Shown here in pieces: positions 11,146 to 20,196 of a stretch of DNA of 64,000 bases. The stretch covers positions 7,274 to 71,273 of the forward strand of contig JAFWZN010000049.1 in NCBI GenBank assembly GCA_017522345.1, given 5' to 3'. A model generated the notes under the pieces. That model saw only the letters and a list, made by a program, of their open reading frames with translations. It was not told the origin of the DNA and ran no database searches. How positions within the stretch are numbered: position 1 is the stretch's first letter; each line of letters begins with the position of its first letter. The DNA comes from Clostridia bacterium. GTDB taxonomy: Bacteria > Bacillota > Clostridia > Christensenellales > Aristaeellaceae. A program made the translations under genes and the position numbers.

Positions 11146-11666
11146 ACGAATACCTGATGATCGGCGAAGTTTTAAAGCCGCAGGGCGTAAAGGGAGACGT
11201 AAAGGTGCGCCCGATTACGTGCGATATTTTCCGCTTTGAAGAGATCGAGAAAGTGTATTTTCTGAAAGATGAAAAATACACGCCCATCGGCGTCCGTCTT
11301 GTCCGCATGGACGAGGATGCGGTGTATCTGCATTTCGACGGAATTGACGACAGAAATCTTGCCGAGACCATCCGCGGAAATTTTCTGTATGTGGACAGAG
11401 CGCATGCGGTGGAGCTTGATGAGGATGAAAATTTCATCGTGGACTTGATCGGCTTAAAAGGCGTGGATGATGAAGGAAACGAGTATGGAAAACTGGTGGA
11501 CGTCATGCAGCCCGGCGGAAACGACGTATACGTGTTCAGAGACCGCAGGCGCGAGGTGCTGGTTCCCGCGCTCAAGACGGCGATATTAAAGGTAGACCTT
11601 GAAGCGCGCGTGATGCTCATGAGCGCTCAGCGTCTTCGTGAAGTGGCGGTATTCGATGAAGTTTAA
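11142..11666 (+). CDS. rimM: 16S rRNA processing protein RimM
   Basis: IGEVLKPQGVKGDVKV at the N-terminus and a PRC-barrel-like C-terminus. ATGA overlap with the EEP gene stop. Confidence 0.9.
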   Translation: MNEYLMIGEVLKPQGVKGDVKVRPITCDIFRFEEIEKVYFLKDEKYTPIGVRLVRMDEDAVYLHFDGIDDRNLAETIRGNFLYVDRAHAVELDEDENFIVDLIGLKGVDDEGNEYGKLVDVMQPGGNDVYVFRDRRREVLVPALKTAILKVDLEARVMLMSAQRLREVAVFDEV

Positions 11667-13242
11667 AATTCTGACAATCTTTCCCGAAATGGTTGAAAGC
11701 TATTTAAAGGAAAGCATACTGGGCCGTGCAATCAAATCCGGCGCGATTGAAGCTGAGGCGATTGACATCCGCGCTTTCTCAAAGAATAAGCACAAAAACA
11801 CCGATGATACGCCCTATGGCGGCGGCGCAGGCATGGTGATGCTGGCGCAGCCGATTGTGGACGCAATGGAAAGCGCGATGGGGGAGAATTTCAGGGGCAA
11901 GCGTCTGTATCTGTCCCCGCGAGGAAAAACGCTTACGCAGAAGATGGTGGAGGAGCTTTCAAAGGAAGAGGAAATCATCCTTCTCTGCGGCCACTATGAA
12001 GGCGTGGATCAGCGGGCGATCGATCTTGTGATTGACGAGGAGGTCTCCGTGGGCGACTATGTGCTCACCGGCGGCGAGCTTGGCGCGCTGATTGTGGTGG
12101 ATGCGGTTTCGCGTCTGGTTCCGGGCGTGCTTGGCTCGGACGAATCAAGCGTAGACGAAAGCTTTTCAAGCGGCCTGCTCGAATATCCCCAGTACACCCG
12201 TCCGCGCGAATTCAGAGGATTGACCGTACCCGACGTATTGCTCAGCGGCCATCAGGCGAATATCGACCGATACCGCAGAGACGAGGCCTTGCGCGTCACC
12301 TTTGAGCGCAGGCCGGAAATGCTTAAAAACATTGCGCTTGACAAGCGCGACCATAAAGTAATCAGGGATCTTATAAAAGAAAGGAAAGAAAAGCACATGA
12401 TCAAGATTGGATTTATCGATTTTTTCCTGGATGAGTGGCATGCAAACAACTATCCCAAGTGGATTGAGGAACAGTCTGAAATTCTGGGCGTTCCGTTCAA
12501 GGTTGCCTATGCGTGGGAGGACAAGGCGAAGGAAGGCGGCCTTTCCGGCAAAGAGTGGTGCGAAAAGTTCGGCGTAGAGCTTTGCGAAACCCGCGAAGAA
12601 GTTGTCGAAAAGTCCGACGTTCTGGTCGTTCTTTCGCCCGACAACGCCGAAGAGCATGAGCGCCTCGGCAAAGAAGCCCTCATGAGCGGAAAGCGCGTTT
12701 ATATGGACAAGACCTTCTCAGAGGGCGTCGCCGCCGCAAAGCGCATGTTTGAACTCGCGGAAGCGAACGGAACCACGCTGTGCTCCTCCTCCGCGCTTCG
12801 CTTCTCCAGAAATCTGGACAAGCTCGCGGGCGATAAAGGCATTGTGAACTTTGCCGTTACCGGCCCCGGCGTACTCAAAAATTATTCCGTTCACCAGCTG
12901 GAAATGATTACGAAGGTTATGGGAACAGGCGCAAAGCGCGTGCTCGTTACCGGCACGGAAAATGCGCACAACGTTATGATCGATTACGGCAAGGATCGCT
13001 TTGCTACCATGTCTCAGGCGCCTATGTATGATTTCACATGCGCGGTCACCTGGGAAGACGGACAGGGCGAAATGATTGTTCCGACCGACTTTTTCCCGAA
13101 CTTCATTCATGACATGCTCGCCTTCTTCGCAGGCGGAGAACCCGTTGCCCCGAAGGAGGAAACCATCGAAATCATGGCGCTGATTGAGACCGTCATCAAA
13201 GCTTCTCAAAAGCCCGGCGCGTGGTTTAAGGTGGAAGCGTAA
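11656..13242 (+). CDS. trmD: tRNA (guanine37-N1)-methyltransferase TrmD fused in frame to a ~280 aa Gfo/Idh/MocA-like (degenerate Rossmann) domain
   Basis: The TrmD part has MKFKILTIFPEM, DDTPYGGGAGMVM, VGDYVLTGGE and YPQYTRP. There is no stop codon before MIKIGFIDFFLDEWHANNYP...SPDN..H......AL.SGKRVYMDKTF. An internal ATG at 12397 is preceded by AAAGGAAAG. Confidence 0.8.
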   Translation: MKFKILTIFPEMVESYLKESILGRAIKSGAIEAEAIDIRAFSKNKHKNTDDTPYGGGAGMVMLAQPIVDAMESAMGENFRGKRLYLSPRGKTLTQKMVEELSKEEEIILLCGHYEGVDQRAIDLVIDEEVSVGDYVLTGGELGALIVVDAVSRLVPGVLGSDESSVDESFSSGLLEYPQYTRPREFRGLTVPDVLLSGHQANIDRYRRDEALRVTFERRPEMLKNIALDKRDHKVIRDLIKERKEKHMIKIGFIDFFLDEWHANNYPKWIEEQSEILGVPFKVAYAWEDKAKEGGLSGKEWCEKFGVELCETREEVVEKSDVLVVLSPDNAEEHERLGKEALMSGKRVYMDKTFSEGVAAAKRMFELAEANGTTLCSSSALRFSRNLDKLAGDKGIVNFAVTGPGVLKNYSVHQLEMITKVMGTGAKRVLVTGTENAHNVMIDYGKDRFATMSQAPMYDFTCAVTWEDGQGEMIVPTDFFPNFIHDMLAFFAGGEPVAPKEETIEIMALIETVIKASQKPGAWFKVEA

Positions 13243-13258
13243 TCGGCTTATGGTTATG

Positions 13259-13290
13259 GAGCTGCCGCGGATCTGCGGCGGCTCTTTTTG
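13259..13290 (+). terminator. rho-independent terminator
   Basis: gagctgccgc ggatct gcggcggctc followed by ttttt. Confidence 0.8.
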
Positions 13291-13400
13291 TTTGGTTTTG
13301 CGGGGCGTGATCCGCTCAAGCGGGACAAAAAACGTCCCAGATATATGCGAAAAATGACCCGATTCGGGCGATGCACGGCCTGAAAAGCGTCTTTGGATGG

Positions 13401-13429
13401 TTGACGAACGAGTTTATAGGTTTTATAAT
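13401..13429 (+). promoter_or_regulatory. sigma-70-type promoter for the rnf operon
   Basis: TTGACG, a 17 nt spacer, then TATAAT, about 125 nt upstream of the first rnf gene. Confidence 0.6.
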
Positions 13430-13554
13430 TATCTTGTTAAGTTAAGGCATCGAAAAATAAGGAAGATATGCACAGAGGCGCGTGCCGGATGAAATGCATG
13501 TCTTTTTCTTGTTTGCGCTTAGGGACAGGACGATTGTTTCGGGAGGGAAACGAA

Positions 13555-14136
13555 ATGAGAGTAAGACGCATTGGACGGCTTCCGGGTTATCTCGCGCTTT
13601 TGATCATTACATTGGTCGCGGCGCTTGCGCTTGGGGCGACCTACACGCTTACGGAGGAGCGCATATTTGAACAGAGTGCGCTTGCCGCCGAGAAGGCGCG
13701 GTTTCAAGTGATGCCTGATGCGGACGCATTTGAGAAAATTCCGACCGAAGACGATCAGATTAAGGAAGTTTACCAGGCGCTCAAGGCCGGAGAAATGGTC
13801 GGCTATGTCGCCGTGACGGATGTAAACGGCTATGGCGGCGAAATTGAGATTGTCGCAGGTTTTACGCTGGACGGAACGATCACGGGGATTTCAGTGGGCG
13901 GCGCGAACTTTAAGGAAACGCCGGGCCTCGGCGCAAAGGCGAAGGAAAAGGCGTTTAGCGACCGCTTTATCGGCAAAATCGCACCGATAGGCGTCGTAAA
14001 GGCGGGAAAGACGGCGGGAGAAAACGATGTGGATGCGATTGCATCGGCGACGATTACTTCTAACGCCGTTGCCGGGGGCGTTAATTCCATAGCTGAGTAT
14101 ATTTCAAAAACGATGATTTTTGAGGAAGGAGCATGA
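13555..14136 (+). CDS. rnfG: Rnf complex subunit G (FMN-binding domain protein)
   Basis: N-terminal TM, an FMN_bind-like core GYGGEIEIVAGF...GISV...ETPGLG and the flavinylation-type motif DAIASATITS. ATG at 13555 after GGGAGGG. Confidence 0.8.
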   Translation: MRVRRIGRLPGYLALLIITLVAALALGATYTLTEERIFEQSALAAEKARFQVMPDADAFEKIPTEDDQIKEVYQALKAGEMVGYVAVTDVNGYGGEIEIVAGFTLDGTITGISVGGANFKETPGLGAKAKEKAFSDRFIGKIAPIGVVKAGKTAGENDVDAIASATITSNAVAGGVNSIAEYISKTMIFEEGA

Positions 14137-14140
14137 CAAA

Positions 14141-15463
14141 ATGAAATTCACATTCAAGCGCGGCGTGCACCTTTCCTACGGCGGCAAGAGCGCGACAAGC
14201 GTTCTGCCTGTTCGTGAATATGTGACGGACTATGTTAAAATCCCTATGAGCATGCATATCGGCGCGCCCAGCGAACCGTGCGTGAAGAAGGGCGATCTTG
14301 TTAAAATCGGTCAGGTGATCGCAACGCCCGTCGGGCCCTTGGGACTTCCCGTGCATGCAAGCGTATCTGGAGAGGTAACGGCGGTTGAGAAAATTCCCTA
14401 CCTCATGAAAGATCCCGTCACGGTTGTCAGCATAAAAAACGATTTCAAGGAAGAATGGGTTGATTTAAATCCGCTGGGCAGCGTTGAAAGCGTTGATCCT
14501 TCCATGATTATTCCGGCGATTCGCGATGCGGGCATTTGCGGCATGGGCGGCGCGTCGTTCCCGACGCATGTGAAGCTAAGCCTGAAGCCCAATCAAAAGT
14601 GCGATGTGATTATCGTAAACGGCGCGGAATGCGAGACGCATCTGACGGCGGATCACAGGCTGATGCTTGAGTATCCCAGACGCATCGTGGATGGGCTTCG
14701 CGCGGCGATGCGCGCTTTGAATGTCGAAAACGGCGTTATCGCCATTGAAGACAATAAACCCGACGCCATAGAAGCCATGAAAAGAGCGGCCTCCGGCCGC
14801 GACGGCGTTTCCGTGTGCGAGCTTAGAACCAAGTATCCGCAGGGCGGCGAAAAACAGCTGATCGAAGCGGTCACAAAAAAGCAGGTGCCCTCCGGCGGTC
14901 TTCCGATCGACATCGGTGTGATCGTTTTAAACGTAGGAACGTGCGCTGCGATTGCGGATGCAATTATCGACGGCATGCCGCTGATTAAGCGCATTACCAC
15001 CATCACCGGCTGCGTGCGTCATCCGGCAAACCTGATGCTGCCCGTCGGAACGATTGTCGAGGATATCATAGGCTTCTTGGGCGGCTTCCCGGAGGAGCCC
15101 GGCAAGATCACCTTCGGCGGCGCGATGACCGGTCTTTGCATTCCCAACATGCAGATTCCCATGATGAAATCCACCAACGGCATCGTCGTTTTCAATGAAC
15201 GCGAGGCCATGAGCATGGAGGAAGGCCCCTGCATCCGCTGCGCAAAATGCGTGCACGCTTGCCCGATCGGCTTAAACCCCTACAGAATCAAGGTGGAGGC
15301 CGACGCGGACAGGCTGGACGCTGCAAAAAAGCTCAACGTTATGGACTGCATGCTTTGCGGCTGCTGCTCGTATGTGTGTCCGTCCAGACGCTGGCTGAGC
15401 GCATCGTTTAAAATCGTCAAAGAAAAGCTGATCCGTCAGGCGAAGGGAGGGCAGAAGGCATGA
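14141..15463 (+). CDS. rnfC: Rnf complex subunit C
   Basis: GMGGASFPTHVK, and two 4Fe-4S motifs CIRCAKCVHACP and CMLCGCCSYVCP. ATG at 14141 after GGAAGGAG. Confidence 0.93.
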   Translation: MKFTFKRGVHLSYGGKSATSVLPVREYVTDYVKIPMSMHIGAPSEPCVKKGDLVKIGQVIATPVGPLGLPVHASVSGEVTAVEKIPYLMKDPVTVVSIKNDFKEEWVDLNPLGSVESVDPSMIIPAIRDAGICGMGGASFPTHVKLSLKPNQKCDVIIVNGAECETHLTADHRLMLEYPRRIVDGLRAAMRALNVENGVIAIEDNKPDAIEAMKRAASGRDGVSVCELRTKYPQGGEKQLIEAVTKKQVPSGGLPIDIGVIVLNVGTCAAIADAIIDGMPLIKRITTITGCVRHPANLMLPVGTIVEDIIGFLGGFPEEPGKITFGGAMTGLCIPNMQIPMMKSTNGIVVFNEREAMSMEEGPCIRCAKCVHACPIGLNPYRIKVEADADRLDAAKKLNVMDCMLCGCCSYVCPSRRWLSASFKIVKEKLIRQAKGGQKA

Positions 15464-16398
15464 GTATTCGTTTGTCAAGCGCGCCGCATATCCGTACCGG
15501 CGCTTCCACGCAGAGTCTGATGCTCAATGTGGTCATCGCGCTTATGCCCTGTGTGGCTGCGGGCGTTTACCTTTTTGAAATGAACGCGCTGGCAGTTCTG
15601 TGTATGAGCACGGGAACCGCGGTTCTTATGGAATATCTCTGGCAGAAGCTTATGAAAATCCCGGTGCGCGTGGGGGACTGCTCCGCGCTGGTTACCGGCA
15701 TCATTTTGGGCCTTACGCTGCCTCCGACGCTTCCGTGGTGGGCGACGATGGTAGCCAGCGCGTTTGCGATCATCATCGTAAAGCAGCTCTTCGGCGGCAT
15801 CGGCGACAATTTTCTAAATCCCGCTTTGACGGCGCGCGCGGTGCTTTTGGCGTCGTGGCCTGCGCACATGACGACCTTTGTGGATATTTCCAGAGAGCAT
15901 GTTGCGGACGCCGTTTCAATGGCGACGCCCTTGTCCGGCGAAAATGCGGTTGAATACACCTGGATGCAGCTTTTTCAGGGCGCGATTCCCGGTTCCATCG
16001 GCGAAACGTGCAAAGCCGCGATTCTGGTGGGCCTTGCGTATCTTTTGATCACAAAGACCATTTCGTGGCGCATTCCCGTAATCACGATGCTGTCTGCGTT
16101 TGTATCCGCTTTTATTCTCGGCATGGATCCCGTTGAGTCAGTTCTGACCGGCGGCATTCTTTTCGGCGCGGTGTTTATGGCGACCGATTACACGACAAGC
16201 CCCATGAACGCAAGCGCGCAGTATGCCTACTCCGTGGGAATAGGCTTTCTTACGATGCTCATCCGCCGCTTCGGCGCATATCCGGAAGGCGTGACTTATG
16301 CCATTCTTCTTATGAACATCCTAACGCCGCTTCTGGATAAATATCTGCCCAACAAAATCTACGGTCACGGCAAGAAGAAGGAGGCGAATCAGGCATGA
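15460..16398 (+). CDS. rnfD: Rnf complex subunit D
   Basis: SSAPHIR N-terminus, polytopic, ATDYTTSP (flavinylated Thr context). 4-nt overlap with rnfC. Confidence 0.93.
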   Translation: MSIRLSSAPHIRTGASTQSLMLNVVIALMPCVAAGVYLFEMNALAVLCMSTGTAVLMEYLWQKLMKIPVRVGDCSALVTGIILGLTLPPTLPWWATMVASAFAIIIVKQLFGGIGDNFLNPALTARAVLLASWPAHMTTFVDISREHVADAVSMATPLSGENAVEYTWMQLFQGAIPGSIGETCKAAILVGLAYLLITKTISWRIPVITMLSAFVSAFILGMDPVESVLTGGILFGAVFMATDYTTSPMNASAQYAYSVGIGFLTMLIRRFGAYPEGVTYAILLMNILTPLLDKYLPNKIYGHGKKKEANQA

Positions 16399-17033
16399 TT
16401 AAGGAAAGAAAGAGCCTCGGGAAAATCTTCTTAAACGGCGTTATCACGGAAAACCCCACCTTCCGGCTGGTTCTGGGCGCCTGCCCGACGCTTGCCGTCA
16501 CAACAAGCGCCGTCAACGGAATCGGAATGGGCGCGGCGGCGACGTTTGTGCTCGTTGGCTCAAACGTGGTTGTCTCCATGCTTCGAAAGTTTATTCCGGA
16601 TAACGTTCGAATTCCCGCGTTCATCGTGATCATTTGTACGTTTGTCACGATGGTTCAATTGTTTATGCAGGCGTATCTGCCTTCCCTTTATGAAAGCCTC
16701 GGTATTTTCATTCCCCTGATTGTCGTCAACTGCATCATTCTTGCCCGAGCCGAGGCGTTTGCCAGCAAAAATCCCGTGCTCGCATCGGCAGTGGACGGTC
16801 TTGGCATGGGCGTTGGATTTACGCTTGCATTAACGCTCATCGGCATGATCCGCGAGCTTATCGGAAGCGGAACGCTGTTCGGCCTTAATGTTATGGGCGC
16901 GGGCTATGAGCCGATGCTCCTTTTCGTGCTTGCCTCCGGCGGTTTTTTGACCTTCGGAATCCTCCTGGGCGTGATTAACGCGATCACAGCCTATTTCCAG
17001 AGGGATAAGCATTCGGAAGGAGGGAGAGCATGA
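16395..17033 (+). CDS. rnfE: Rnf complex subunit E
   Basis: ENPTFRLVLGACPTLAVTTS and IPLIVVNCIILARAE, typical of RnfE. Overlaps rnfD. Confidence 0.92.
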   Translation: MIKERKSLGKIFLNGVITENPTFRLVLGACPTLAVTTSAVNGIGMGAAATFVLVGSNVVVSMLRKFIPDNVRIPAFIVIICTFVTMVQLFMQAYLPSLYESLGIFIPLIVVNCIILARAEAFASKNPVLASAVDGLGMGVGFTLALTLIGMIRELIGSGTLFGLNVMGAGYEPMLLFVLASGGFLTFGILLGVINAITAYFQRDKHSEGGRA

Positions 17034-17614
17034 ACGAGATTACGAAGATGCTTCTTTTTATGGTCAGCTGCGTGCTTACCAATAACTTCATTTTCTCCAA
17101 ATTCTTAGGCTGCTGTCCGTTTCTCGGCGTTTCAAACAAGGTTGAAACCGCGGCCAGCATGGGTCTTGCGGTCACGTTCGTCATGACGATTGCATCGCTT
17201 TTCTCCTATATGGTGTATCATTGGCTGCTGGTGCCTTTAAAGATCACCTTCATGCAGACAATCGCCTTTATTCTGGTCATTGCGGCGCTGGTTCAGTTTG
17301 TGGAAATGTTCCTGAAGAAGGCGAGCCCCTCCCTGCACGGCGCGCTGGGCATTTATCTTCCACTCATTACCACCAACTGCGCGGTTTTGGGCGTTGCGAC
17401 CCTGAACGTTTCCGAAAACTACAATTTGATCTACTCCGTTTTGAACGGCGCGTTTTCCGCTATCGGCTTTCTGGTTGCCATTGTTCTCATGGCGGGCGTT
17501 CGCGAGCGCCTTGAAAACGCCAAAATCCCCGAATGCATGAAGGGATTTCCCATCAGCCTCGTATCCGCCGGACTCATGGCGATTGCGTTCATGGGATTCA
17601 GCGGGCTTGTGTAA
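17030..17614 (+). CDS. rnfA: Rnf complex subunit A
   Basis: NNFIFSKFLGCCPFLGVS and LPLITTNCAVLG. Overlaps rnfE. Confidence 0.92.
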   Translation: MNEITKMLLFMVSCVLTNNFIFSKFLGCCPFLGVSNKVETAASMGLAVTFVMTIASLFSYMVYHWLLVPLKITFMQTIAFILVIAALVQFVEMFLKKASPSLHGALGIYLPLITTNCAVLGVATLNVSENYNLIYSVLNGAFSAIGFLVAIVLMAGVRERLENAKIPECMKGFPISLVSAGLMAIAFMGFSGLV

Positions 17615-17632
17615 GAAAGGAGGCCGGAGGAT

Positions 17633-18454
17633 ATGATGAACATTCTCTTCGCGGCTGTTGTGTTGAGCGCGCTCGGCCTTGCGTTCGGTCTGATTCTTAC
17701 CTTTGCCGAGAAGAAATTCCGCGTGGATGTGGATGAAAGAATTGCTGAGGTTCGCGCTTGTCTCGGCGGCGCAAACTGCGGCGCGTGCGGCTATGCCGGA
17801 TGCGACAATTTTGCCGAGGCGGTTGTAAAGGGCGAAGCCAAGCCCAATTCCTGCCCGCCGGCGGGCGAAAAGGGCGCGAAGGAAATCGCCGCGATCATGG
17901 GCGTTGAGACGAGCGTTGAGGAAATGAAGGTTCCGCGCGTATTGTGCTCGGGCAGAGCCGGCGTGGCCTTCTCCCGCTATCGCTACGACGGATATAGAAA
18001 CTGCGCCGTAGCAGACGGCCTTGCGGGCGGACCCAAGATGTGCCGCTTTTCGTGCATCGGCCTTGGCGACTGCATGGATCACTGCGTAATGGGCGCTATC
18101 AGCATTGTGGACGGTCTTGCCGTTATTGATTATGATAAGTGCATTTCCTGCGGCGAATGCGCCAAGCATTGTCCGCGCGGCGCGATTCAGATGATGCCGG
18201 TTTCGCAGACCGTGTATGTCAACTGCAGAAATACCGACAACGCCCGCGAGGCCAAAAGCGTGTGCATGAGCGCGTGTATCGGCTGCGGAAGATGCAAGCG
18301 CGAGTGCAAGTACGACGCGATATATATCGAAAATTTCTTTGCGCACATTGATCCCGAAAAGTGTACCCGCTGCGGCGCGTGCGCGTCCGTTTGCCCGTGC
18401 ACAGCAATTAAGGATCTGATTAACGGTCTTCCGCACAGACCGAATTTCTATTAA
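17633..18454 (+). CDS. rnfB: Rnf complex subunit B
   Basis: N-terminal TM, CGACGYAGC cluster and several ferredoxin-type CxxCxxCxxxCP motifs. RBS AAGGAGG. Confidence 0.92.
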   Translation: MMNILFAAVVLSALGLAFGLILTFAEKKFRVDVDERIAEVRACLGGANCGACGYAGCDNFAEAVVKGEAKPNSCPPAGEKGAKEIAAIMGVETSVEEMKVPRVLCSGRAGVAFSRYRYDGYRNCAVADGLAGGPKMCRFSCIGLGDCMDHCVMGAISIVDGLAVIDYDKCISCGECAKHCPRGAIQMMPVSQTVYVNCRNTDNAREAKSVCMSACIGCGRCKRECKYDAIYIENFFAHIDPEKCTRCGACASVCPCTAIKDLINGLPHRPNFY

Positions 18455-18472
18455 GGGAGACAGGTTGTTTTA

Positions 18473-19009
18473 ATGCAGTCGGTTATTGCGCTGGGAACGT
18501 TTGACGGCATGCATCTGGGCCATCGCACGGTTATTTCGCGTGCGGTGGAAAAAGCGCGTCAAATGAATGCCAAAGCGATGGTGTACACCTTTTCGTCGAT
18601 CCCGAGGGCGCTTTTTGCAGATGCGCCCAAAATGCTCATGACGGCTGAGGAGAGGAAAAAGGAAATGCTCAAAATGGGCGTTTCGGAAGTGGTGATGGTG
18701 GATTTCACCAAAGAAATTGCCGAAATGAGCCCGGAAGCGTTTGTTCGAATGCTTTATAATGCTTATCACCCGTGCGCGATTGTTGCGGGGGAGGATTACT
18801 CCTTCGGCTACAGGGCGCAGGGGAATATGGAGCATCTCAAAAAATATGCAGAGGAGATGGGATTTGAAGTTATTACGGTAGAAACCGTTCGGGTAAAAAT
18901 GTCCGACGGCTCCTTCGGAAGCAAGATATCTTCGACGGATATTCGAAAAGCGTTGGAGGATGAAAATATTTTGCTTGCCGAACGTCTTTCCAAAGGCGAG
19001 ATTTTGTAG
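18473..19009 (+). CDS. FMN adenylyltransferase (FAD synthetase domain only; N-terminal half of a RibF-type enzyme)
   Basis: ALGTFDGMHLGH nucleotidyltransferase motif. 178 aa with no riboflavin kinase domain. Confidence 0.85.
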   Translation: MQSVIALGTFDGMHLGHRTVISRAVEKARQMNAKAMVYTFSSIPRALFADAPKMLMTAEERKKEMLKMGVSEVVMVDFTKEIAEMSPEAFVRMLYNAYHPCAIVAGEDYSFGYRAQGNMEHLKKYAEEMGFEVITVETVRVKMSDGSFGSKISSTDIRKALEDENILLAERLSKGEIL

Positions 19010-19029
19010 TATTATTAGAAGGAAGCTTG

Positions 19030-19160
19030 TATTCCTGGCTTCAGGACGGGGCGCAATTCCCCACCGGCGGTACAGCCCGCGAACCGCGCGTATTTTTCAG
19101 GCGCGCGGCCGATCCGATTTTTGATAGGCGGAGCCGACAGTAACAGGCTGGATGGAAGAA
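19030..19160 (+). promoter_or_regulatory. FMN riboswitch (RFN element)
   Basis: Conserved blocks CTTCAGGACGGGGCGCAATTCCCCACCGGCGGTA, AGCCCGCGA, GAGCCGACAGT and CTGGATGGAAGAAG, directly upstream of ribU. Confidence 0.9.
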
Positions 19161-19196
19161 GAAAAAGCTGCTTTGCAGCATCAGGAGGAAAAAGAT

Positions 19197-19787
19197 ATGT
19201 CTATGGGTAACTATGCCGCGTCCGTAAAAATCAAGACCATTGTTCGTGTTGCCGCCTTGTGCGCTCTGAGCGCGATTTTATACGCTTTGCCGGGAATCCC
19301 GATCATTCCGCCGATTTATAAGCTGGATTTTTCGGGAATCCCCGTATTTTTGGGCGCAATGTGGTTGGGCCCGATTCAGGGCGTTGTTATTGCGCTCTTT
19401 AAGGATATTACGGGTCTTGTGCATTCGTCCAGCGCAGGCGTGGGCGAGCTGGCCGATTTCATTTGTTCCGTCGCTTTCATTCTCCCGATTGCATTTTTGC
19501 TGAAAAAGGGGAGCGGGCGGGCGAAAAAGGCGCTGATTCTTTTGCTCGGAATTCTTTTCATGGTCATTGCCGGAGCGGCTGCGAATTACTGGATTTTGAT
19601 CCCGTTCTACGTCAAGGGAACGATGACGATTGAGAAAATTGTCGCAATGATCGCAAATGTGATTCCGGCGGTTGACTCTCTGGGAAAACTGATATTTTAT
19701 GCGACGGTACCGTTTAATCTTCTGAAAGGCGCGATCATTGCGGTCGTTGTGTGGTTTTTGGACTGGCGGCTTGAAAAGATCGTCTGA
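19197..19787 (+). CDS. ribU: ECF transporter S component, riboflavin transporter RibU/FmnP type
   Basis: About five TM segments, KLDFSGIPVFLG and VPFNLLKG motifs. ATG at 19197 after AGGAGG. Preceded by the FMN riboswitch. Confidence 0.85.
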   Translation: MSMGNYAASVKIKTIVRVAALCALSAILYALPGIPIIPPIYKLDFSGIPVFLGAMWLGPIQGVVIALFKDITGLVHSSSAGVGELADFICSVAFILPIAFLLKKGSGRAKKALILLLGILFMVIAGAAANYWILIPFYVKGTMTIEKIVAMIANVIPAVDSLGKLIFYATVPFNLLKGAIIAVVVWFLDWRLEKIV

Positions 19788-20179
19788 TGGAGAAGAAAAT
19801 GATTTTGACCGGCTCGGTCGCACACGGAAAGGCGCTGGGGCGCACGGTCGGCATGCCGACGGCGAATCTGCGCGTGGACGAAGGATGCGAATTGCCGGAA
19901 GCCGGCGTGTATGCGACGATATCGGAAATTGACGGGCGGGAACGGCTGTCCGTTACCAACATCGGCGCTCGTCCATCGGTGGACGACAGCCCCGTCTGGA
20001 CGGTTGAAAGCCATTTGATCGGCTTTTCGGGCGATCTGTACGGGCAGAGAATGAAGCTTATTGTGCTTGAAAAAATCCGTCCGCAAATGCGTTTTTCATC
20101 CCTTGATGAAGTAAAGAAGCAAGTGGAGGCGGACGTTATACGCGCCGGAGAAATTTATAAAACGTACAGGAACTCATAA
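19787..20179 (+). CDS. riboflavin kinase (stand-alone C-terminal RibF-type domain)
   Basis: GRTVGMPTANL and ESHLIGFSGDLYG motifs, 130 aa. TGATG overlap with ribU. Confidence 0.88.
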   Translation: MEKKMILTGSVAHGKALGRTVGMPTANLRVDEGCELPEAGVYATISEIDGRERLSVTNIGARPSVDDSPVWTVESHLIGFSGDLYGQRMKLIVLEKIRPQMRFSSLDEVKKQVEADVIRAGEIYKTYRNS

Positions 20180-20196
20180 AACCGGGAGGGAAGAAC

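Noticed and set aside
17237-18436. 399 aa ORF antisense to rnfA/rnfB
   Set aside because: It overlaps two clearly recognisable Rnf subunits. It is low-complexity and Ala/Arg/His-rich, has no RBS, and is a compositional artefact.
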